From positions 60,637-124,636 of the IMG/VR virus record IMGVR_UViG_3300030330_005626: a stretch of 64,000 bases of DNA, one strand, 5' to 3'. This stretch comes from a virus. Its lineage: Duplodnaviria > Caudoviricetes. Below are positions 57,835 to 64,000 of this stretch, in pieces (position 1 is the first letter of the stretch; each line of letters begins with the position of its first letter). Under the pieces are notes generated by a model. That model worked only from the letters and a program-made list of their open reading frames with translations, was not told where the DNA came from and made no database searches. The translations under genes and the position numbers were made by a program.

Positions 57835-58916
57835 TGATTTAAAACCTCATCCTCGGATATGCCCATTATCCTAGCTTTAATCTCGTCCATATTACTAAGT
57901 TTTTCAACTTCATCTTTTACAGCTTTTTTTCTGAGTTCTGCAAGCTTTATCATTTTTACTCTAGACTCTTCATCTTTCCATAATTCAACTAGATTTAAAA
58001 TGCTTGCGTTTTCTTTAAGTTGATTTTTAAGCCTGTCGCTACGTTTTTCTTTCAAACTTTCCAGAAGTTTTTGCTGTCTGTTTACGGACTGATGGTATTC
58101 GTTTTGAGCTGTATTTATAGCCTCAACTAAAGACATGGCTATCCTTTGATCGCCATCAGCTACTTCATCAAGTAGTCTTTGTAGATGCTCGACTCTTCTT
58201 TGGATATTAGAAGCTATAACAACCTCCGAAGATAAAACTATGTATTGATCAACCTCTTCTTGAGTTAGATCGTTTTTGTCGCAAGTATATCTAACAAAAC
58301 TGGATTCAAAAAGCTCTCTTGTCCTAGTTGAATCGTATGTATTGATTTGATGAACAAATCTAAAAGTGTTCATGTAACCAAGTAAGGCTTCTATATTTTT
58401 TTTATCCCTTGCTGTTATTTTTTCTTTAGTTATTTTTTCAAAAATATATTTGTTTATTCTAGCTAAAGACTTGTCGAAACTTGTGGGCGGCTTATATTCG
58501 TCATGGGTTACGTTAATAGATTCTTCTGAGCTATGATTCGGGTCTATTTGTTTTATATAAGCTTCAACTACTTTTGCTTCTTTATTTAAATTTGTAATTT
58601 TATCATTGAGAAAAATAACCCTAGCGATTTCAACAAAGGTCATAAATTTATAGTTATTTTCTATAAACTCTTTTTGGTCATCAATTAATGTTATATCATC
58701 TTTAGCTTTGTACTCTTGCGCGGCCCTAGCTTTTATGCTTCTCGAAGCTAAAAAAGCTTTAACAGCTTTTCCCTCTTTGCTTCTTCCATCTACGTTTTTA
58801 TCGGGGAAAGCTATTTTTATCAACTCAAGAAGAGATGGAGGATTTTCCTCGCGAGAGTTCCACTCGTTTACAATGTTTTGTTTTTGCTCTTCTGATAATT
58901 GTATTTTTTCGCTCAT
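57831..58916 (-). CDS. Conserved helical protein, candidate terminase small subunit
   Basis: HTH-like N-part and long coiled-coil; upstream of terL; assignment positional only. Confidence 0.4.
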   Translation of the reverse strand: MSEKIQLSEEQKQNIVNEWNSREENPPSLLELIKIAFPDKNVDGRSKEGKAVKAFLASRSIKARAAQEYKAKDDITLIDDQKEFIENNYKFMTFVEIARVIFLNDKITNLNKEAKVVEAYIKQIDPNHSSEESINVTHDEYKPPTSFDKSLARINKYIFEKITKEKITARDKKNIEALLGYMNTFRFVHQINTYDSTRTRELFESSFVRYTCDKNDLTQEEVDQYIVLSSEVVIASNIQRRVEHLQRLLDEVADGDQRIAMSLVEAINTAQNEYHQSVNRQQKLLESLKEKRSDRLKNQLKENASILNLVELWKDEESRVKMIKLAELRKKAVKDEVEKLSNMDEIKARIMGISEDEVLNQ

Positions 58917-59593
58917 ATTAAATCTATTTCACCTTTTTCGAGAGCCTTTTTGACTTTTTCTATTATTGACTTTTTAAGATTCTTAATGTGCTTATAACCT
59001 GGTTGCCTACCTTTTTCTGTAGTTTTATAATTCATTATTTTTGCAACTTCTTTATCCGACCTGTTCTCTATGTAAACCAATGTATAAACAATTCTTTCTA
59101 AAGGTTTTAATCTAGAAAGCATCGCTTCGTGAAGTTTTTTAGAATTTGATTCAAAATGGTCAAATCCGTGAGATACATTTAAACTGTTGTCAATATCTAT
59201 ATTAACTCCCCCTGAAGACTTTAATCCGTGGGCGTCTTTTTTATTCTTACTCCAGTATTCATATAACGGACACAGGTTGCACTGCTTTACAAATAGAGAG
59301 CATCCTTCATCTTGATTTGAAGCCGCACATTTTACACAAGGTTTAGCAAAATTACCGTAGTTATTCCTAATCAAATTTTTAAGTTGATTAGATATTATTC
59401 TATTTAACCAAGGTCTTAAAGGTTTAGAGGGGTTATATAAACTCCATTTTTTATATATATGAATTTTTATAATTTGAGAAACATCCTCAAAATCCATCCA
59501 AGCTATAGAGTTCAAACTCCACTTAGATTTTCTTTTTAGGATTTCTTCCTCAATTATATCTATGTAATCTTCGAATTTGGGCTTACCGCTCAA
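58913..59593 (-). CDS. Phage sigma70-family factor with Cys-rich insert
   Basis: Region 2 'DFEDVSQ...WLNRIISNQLKNLIR'; region 4 HTH 'SDKEVAKIMNY'; CVKC..C..C..C between them. Confidence 0.78.
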   Translation of the reverse strand: MSGKPKFEDYIDIIEEEILKRKSKWSLNSIAWMDFEDVSQIIKIHIYKKWSLYNPSKPLRPWLNRIISNQLKNLIRNNYGNFAKPCVKCAASNQDEGCSLFVKQCNLCPLYEYWSKNKKDAHGLKSSGGVNIDIDNSLNVSHGFDHFESNSKKLHEAMLSRLKPLERIVYTLVYIENRSDKEVAKIMNYKTTEKGRQPGYKHIKNLKKSIIEKVKKALEKGEIDLI

Positions 59594-59597
59594 TATG

Positions 59598-59957
59598 TCA
59601 AGAGTTTGGTCTTAGAGTTGTGCTTTCTTTCTTTAACTCTTCAAGAATTTCTTGCTTTGACCTTTTCGGCGGTTCATTGAAGCTTTGATTATTTTTAACT
59701 TCTTGACCTGAAGAAGCCTCCATAATTGATCCAAGAGTTTGCGGGCTTGCGTTATAATGCTCCGCTTCGAAATCTAATGAATTGATTTTATCGAAGTTAA
59801 TATTTACATTTTCTTCTTCCAAAGCGCTTTCCCGTTTTTGAGCTTGAGGTTTACTAGAGCCCATCGCGCTTCCACAACTTTGGCAAAAATTAGGTTTATG
59901 CAGGGTGTAAGAATGCATACATCCACAGTCCTGACAATATACTCTTAAATTATTCAT
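59598..59957 (-). CDS. Zinc-ribbon protein (probable start MNNLRVY at 59957)
   Basis: YCQDCG...PNFCQSCG; CTGTA variant 10 nt upstream. Confidence 0.7.
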   Translation of the reverse strand: MNNLRVYCQDCGCMHSYTLHKPNFCQSCGSAMGSSKPQAQKRESALEEENVNINFDKINSLDFEAEHYNASPQTLGSIMEASSGQEVKNNQSFNEPPKRSKQEILEELKKESTTLRPNS

Positions 59958-60018
59958 TATTGTATAATACAGCAAAAAAACAAAAAAATAAAATATTTTT
60001 TTTATTTAATTAGTGTAA

Positions 60019-60816
60019 CTAACAAATTAGCTTCAACTTTTTAGTCAAAAACTTAACTAGCTCAGACCTCATCACGTCGTCCTCCCCAAATTCAAAAGTT
60101 TTAATCCCTTGCTCAAAGCTTTCTTTATCCGAGAATAATTTAAACATTTTTTCAAAGCCATGCTGCTTATCGCCTTGCTTGATGTCTGTTTGCATTGGGT
60201 CAGCAAGAATGAAACATCTGCTACCCTCTCCAAGCCTAGTAAGAACTGTAGTTATTTCTTTCGTAGTGGAATTTTGAGACTCGTCAAGAATTACGCATTT
60301 ACCTTTCCAGTTCATTCCTCTTGCGAAATTTACTGGAAACATGCTAATTCTGTTTTCGCTTTCCAATTTTTCAACTCTGGTTGACTCAAGAAGTTCGTCC
60401 AATTTATCCAAAAAAGGTAAATTAAAAAATCTTAGCTTTTCCTCTGCTGAACCTGGTAAGAATCCTAAACTTCTATCAGAGGATTCAACCGCAGAACGAA
60501 GATACATAATGTCACTTATCGCCTTCATGTTCAATAACTGAAGGGCACAATAAGTAGATAAAAGAGTTTTAGCGGTTCCAGCAGGACCGTTAACTAAAAC
60601 AATTTTAGTATCTTGAGCTAAAGCAACTTTAAAGAATTCTTTCTGTTTTTCCGTCCAATTAAATTGCTTTAATTTAATTTGCCTTTTAATTGGATTGTCG
60701 TGGAAAACATTTTCAACTAAAGAATCATTTATTTCTTGTTGCGCTTCTTTGTTAATCAAAGATTCTATATTTTTTTTACTAGCTCTTTTTCTGCTAGTTC
60801 TTTTAGCGTTTGCCAT
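60019..60816 (-). CDS. phoH: PhoH-family ATPase
   Basis: GPAGTAKT, LGFLPG, FARG, ILDESQN, VLTRLG, DPMQTD, DVMRS; GTGTA at 60829-60833. Confidence 0.95.
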   Translation of the reverse strand: MANAKRTSRKRASKKNIESLINKEAQQEINDSLVENVFHDNPIKRQIKLKQFNWTEKQKEFFKVALAQDTKIVLVNGPAGTAKTLLSTYCALQLLNMKAISDIMYLRSAVESSDRSLGFLPGSAEEKLRFFNLPFLDKLDELLESTRVEKLESENRISMFPVNFARGMNWKGKCVILDESQNSTTKEITTVLTRLGEGSRCFILADPMQTDIKQGDKQHGFEKMFKLFSDKESFEQGIKTFEFGEDDVMRSELVKFLTKKLKLIC

Positions 60817-60840
60817 GTGAATATAATATACACTTAAAAA

Positions 60841-61788
60841 TCACTGCGCGTCGAAGAAAAACATGTGGAATAATCTTGAGTTTTCTTTTTTATCGCCAAA
60901 ATATTGAGTGGCAGCGTGCACTAGTTTAGCGTCCCAAATAGCCATTCTGTTGTACACGTTTCCAATTATATCAACAACCTCCCAAGGTGTTTTATCATAA
61001 AAGTTTCCTTGAAACATGTCCCAGTATAACTCATCTATCGACTTGTCGTGAACTATGCAGTCTTTTTTAGTAGGGTATTTTCTGAGACCATTACCCCTAT
61101 GTTTAAAAAAACTTGTCCCACACTCCGCTGGCGCGTTTGGAGTAAGAAATACTACCGCAGCGTAAGCTTGGGAATCTGTATGGTAAACTAATTGGTCTTG
61201 AGACGTGCAAAACTGAAATACACCATTGTGAGGTTGATTGTCCCATCCTGTGATTTTTTTATTTAATGTATCTTCAAAAAACTCTTTTGTTCCGTCAAAA
61301 AAAGTTCTTGTTTTTGTTCTTTGCCCCTTATGGTACTCTTTGTTAAATTGAAAATCTAAACCAAGCGCATATTCTCTAACTTCATCTGGATTTTCATAAA
61401 AATTGTCTACAGCAATGACGCTGGGGTGAACGTTGTTTATTTTACCTATTTCTGATAAATCTTTTGGCTTTTTTAAATCTCCTACTTTTAATTCTTGGCC
61501 GTTTATTTTAGCCAAAAGTTCAAAACTCTCAAATTCGTCATATTCACTATTGTGATTAAATTCAAACTTAAAACCTACTGAATCATTCTGTAAATCGGAA
61601 TAAACATTTTTAACATCTGGTCTATCGATAAACTGATAACACATTTGCGAAAGAGTTCCCGCTCTGAAGGTAATGCCCCTTATAGTTTCGGTCTGGTGAA
61701 AAATCCATCCTTCAAAGCTATAACCCTTTTTAGTGCATCGGGCGAAGTCTATATGGAATTTTATTTCGGGTATTAACGATTCATGCAT
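60841..61788 (-). CDS. 2OG-Fe(II) oxygenase-like protein (DUF6445-like) with N-terminal beta domain
   Basis: VDNFYENPDEVR, YHTD, GTSF, NVYNR...H...RLFHMFFFD. Confidence 0.75.
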   Translation of the reverse strand: MHESLIPEIKFHIDFARCTKKGYSFEGWIFHQTETIRGITFRAGTLSQMCYQFIDRPDVKNVYSDLQNDSVGFKFEFNHNSEYDEFESFELLAKINGQELKVGDLKKPKDLSEIGKINNVHPSVIAVDNFYENPDEVREYALGLDFQFNKEYHKGQRTKTRTFFDGTKEFFEDTLNKKITGWDNQPHNGVFQFCTSQDQLVYHTDSQAYAAVVFLTPNAPAECGTSFFKHRGNGLRKYPTKKDCIVHDKSIDELYWDMFQGNFYDKTPWEVVDIIGNVYNRMAIWDAKLVHAATQYFGDKKENSRLFHMFFFDAQ

Positions 61789-62719
61789 AATAAGCTATTG
61801 TTTTTTTAATTCCCGATTTAAAAGAATGTGAAGGTTTCCAATTCAACTCTTTTTTAATTTTTCTTGAATCGATAGCGTATCTTAAATCGTGCCCCGCTCT
61901 ATCTTTTACGAATTCTATGCAAGCGCTAGGTTCAAGCTTCAGGGCTGTGCAGATTTCTTCGATGACTTCTAAATTAGTCTTTTCGCAATTTGATCCAACG
62001 TTATATGTTTCACCGTTTTTGCCATTTGTTAAAATTTTCCAAATTGCGTCACAGTGGTCTTCAACATAAATCCAATCTCTTACATTTGAGCCATTTCCGT
62101 AAACTGGAATTTTGTTGCCCTTTTTTAAACTATTTAAGATAGTTGGGATGAACTTTTCTTTGTGTTGGTTTGGCCCATAATTATTTGAACAGTTTGAGAT
62201 TGTGATCGGTAAACCATGCGTATGGTGGAAAGCTCTAACTAAATGATCAGAAGCGGCCTTCGAAGCTGAGTAGGGGTTTCTTGGGTCGTATGGCGTAGTT
62301 TCTTTAAACTTTCCTTTTTCTCCGAGACTTCCAAAAACTTCGTCTGTAGAAACGTGATGAAATCTTTTTACCCCACTAGCAAGGCTTGATTTAATTAAAT
62401 TATGGGTGCCATTAATGTTTGTTTCTAAAAATTTTAAAGAACATTTTATCGAATTATCAACATGGGTTTCGGCAGCGAAATGTACTACGTGAGTCGCTTT
62501 AAATCTACGAAAAGCATCGCTAACTTGATTAGGGAAAAATATGTCAACGTTTTTAAATTTATACTTTTTGTGAGTTTCAAAAGCGGCGGTATTTGACAGG
62601 CTCCCAGCGTAGCTCAAAGAGTCTATATTTAGAATAGAGTCTAACTGCTCTTTATCTAAAACATGCTTTATAAAGTTGGAGCCTATAAAACCACAACCAC
62701 CTGTTACCAGTAGCTTCAT
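61781..62719 (-). CDS. rfbB: dTDP-glucose 4,6-dehydratase
   Basis: TGGCGFIGSNF, HFAAETHVDNSI, STDEV, PYSASKA, SNNYGP, RDWIYVEDH, DRAGHDLRYAID. Confidence 0.95.
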   Translation of the reverse strand: MKLLVTGGCGFIGSNFIKHVLDKEQLDSILNIDSLSYAGSLSNTAAFETHKKYKFKNVDIFFPNQVSDAFRRFKATHVVHFAAETHVDNSIKCSLKFLETNINGTHNLIKSSLASGVKRFHHVSTDEVFGSLGEKGKFKETTPYDPRNPYSASKAASDHLVRAFHHTHGLPITISNCSNNYGPNQHKEKFIPTILNSLKKGNKIPVYGNGSNVRDWIYVEDHCDAIWKILTNGKNGETYNVGSNCEKTNLEVIEEICTALKLEPSACIEFVKDRAGHDLRYAIDSRKIKKELNWKPSHSFKSGIKKTIAYYA

Positions 62720-62725
62720 CTTTTA

Positions 62726-62754
62726 AATGTAAGATGTTTTTGATATTTCTTCAA
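62726..62754 (-). promoter_or_regulatory. Sigma70-type promoter TTGAAG-N17-TACATT, 6 nt before rfbB ATG
   Basis: Hexamers at 62749-62754 and 62726-62731. Confidence 0.5.
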
Positions 62755-62783
62755 GAAGTTTTAAATTTTCTAATTAAAATTTA

Positions 62784-63203
62784 TTAATAATTAGCCACGT
62801 AATCAGAGCATAACCCATAACAGTTTTTAATGTTTTTATTTTTTATTTCTGGCAATACCGCTATACTATTTCGAGGTGGCTCTACATTAGGGTGAGACCA
62901 AATTATGTTTTTGCTAGTTAAAGTGCAGCTATCCTCTTGATGCCAGAAGCAGTGCACGTTTTCTTTAAGCATTTGCTCTAATGCTTTTAAGTTTTTAGCG
63001 TGGCACCATAACCTATCGTCTTCAAGAAAATTAATATCGATTGGGTAAACAGGTTCATCATGGCCTAAATAGTATAAACCATTATCATACCATACATCTA
63101 TTTCACATTCATACCCCTTGTTTAAAGCTTGCTTTATATAATCGGGGCTGTTTTCATTTTTATTTGGCCCTTTTAAATTACCTCTATGAGAAATTAAAAT
63201 CAT
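62784..63203 (-). CDS. Glycerophosphodiester phosphodiesterase-like protein
   Basis: ISHRGN..ENS..EIDVW..LGHD..WCHAKN..CSDY. Confidence 0.8.
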   Translation of the reverse strand: MILISHRGNLKGPNKNENSPDYIKQALNKGYECEIDVWYDNGLYYLGHDEPVYPIDINFLEDDRLWCHAKNLKALEQMLKENVHCFWHQEDSCTLTSKNIIWSHPNVEPPRNSIAVLPEIKNKNIKNCYGLCSDYVANY

Positions 63204-64000
63204 TTATCTTTTAAAAAAATATCCAAATCCTCTGGCGTTCCTAATCCCCACATTTTTTCAATCGGGAATACTTTTACTTTTTTATCATCCTGAATCGCTT
63301 CGTTAAAGACGGGGCAAACATAAAATTCGTTATTAACTCTTACGTCTTTTGAAATCATTTGCTCCGCATACTTTACGTAGTCAGACCCTTTGTTCCAATA
63401 GTACACCCCGACAGTGGCTATATCGGAAATCGGCTTTTTTTCAGCTACCTCGCTTACAAACCCATCTTCGTTTAACTTAGCGAAAGACCATTTCGGATGA
63501 GTGGAATTAAATGTTAAAATACCCGCGTCTATATTATCTGCGGTCATAGAGTACATAAACTCGTTAGAGTCCCATTCTACAAATTGATCCGAATTCGCCA
63601 TGACTAAAGGCTCGTTGTTATTTATCAACTCTTTAGCTAGTAGGGTTGTACAAGCTGCCCCCTCGGTCATACCGTCCACTTGAACAATTTCACAATTGTT
63701 TTCTGTAATTAAATTTAGAAGATACTTTAAATTGTATTTTTCGTAGTGCTCTTTTTGCACAATAAAAATATGTTTAGCGTCGATATTTAAATTCTCTACG
63801 ACAACTTGAATCATCGGCTTTCCGTTTACCTCAATAAGAGGCTTGGGAAAAGTGTAGCCAGCTTTCTCAAACCGACTACCTGCCCCAGCCATTGGTATTA
63901 GTACATTCATATTTCCTCCTTGCCATTTAGGTTTTACTTTATTTTCTGAAGCAACGTTAAGATAATTTTGAATTTTTTCCAAGCTTAAATCTTGGCAATC
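63200..64000 (-). CDS. Sugar-phosphate nucleotidyltransferase (5'-partial; probably fused to an upstream domain such as HAD)
   Basis: LIPMAGAGSRF, PKPLI, NSDQ, EKK, NNEFY, LGTPEDL; frame open to window edge. Confidence 0.85.
   Translation of the reverse strand, partial: DCQDLSLEKIQNYLNVASENKVKPKWQGGNMNVLIPMAGAGSRFEKAGYTFPKPLIEVNGKPMIQVVVENLNIDAKHIFIVQKEHYEKYNLKYLLNLITENNCEIVQVDGMTEGAACTTLLAKELINNNEPLVMANSDQFVEWDSNEFMYSMTADNIDAGILTFNSTHPKWSFAKLNEDGFVSEVAEKKPISDIATVGVYYWNKGSDYVKYAEQMISKDVRVNNEFYVCPVFNEAIQDDKKVKVFPIEKMWGLGTPEDLDIFLKDK

Noticed and set aside
1-64000. Stop-codon reassignment
   Set aside because: Code 11 gives dense, intact genes, and TAA, TAG and TGA all end genes.
1-64000. tRNA/rRNA genes, introns, inteins, integrase, IS elements
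   Set aside because: Intergenic gaps are short and explained by promoters and terminators; no such motifs recognised in dnaE, terL or elsewhere.

Overview
This 64-kb AT-rich window is part of a large tailed bacteriophage genome. It is probably siphovirus-like: there is a tail tube and a 2238-aa tape measure but no recognisable sheath. A short + strand arm (1-7775) encodes a PHP-less DnaE polymerase, a candidate SSB, a Rad52/Sak-like annealase, GT-B glycosyltransferases and an exported protein. It converges on a 56-kb - strand arm. In transcription order, that arm starts with nucleotide-sugar enzymes, a 2OG-Fe(II) oxygenase, PhoH, a Cys-insert sigma factor, a sulfotransferase, an ERCC4 nuclease and a second oxygenase. 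Next come terminase, portal, a tubulin/FtsZ-family GTPase, holin/spanin-like genes, protease-scaffold, decoration protein and major capsid protein. A collagen-like fibre followed by a GT-sulfotransferase/methyltransferase/nucleotidyltransferase cassette follows. The arm ends with neck, tail tube, chaperones, tape measure, tail-tip proteins and a second giant collagen-like fibre. Most notable: (i) a possible virion glycosylation/sulfation system (S/T-G-rich tail proteins plus many modifying enzymes); (ii) a tape measure segmented by four G[FY][VI]PNF motifs around a nuclease-like insert; (iii) a tubulin coupled to portal and lysis genes; (iv) a recurrent GTGTA late promoter, with a bipartite TTCYCA-N14 form and leaderless mRNAs; (v) an unannotated metallothionein-like ORF. 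No tRNA, rRNA, CRISPR array or IS was seen. All family calls are from motif recognition by eye; no database searches were run.
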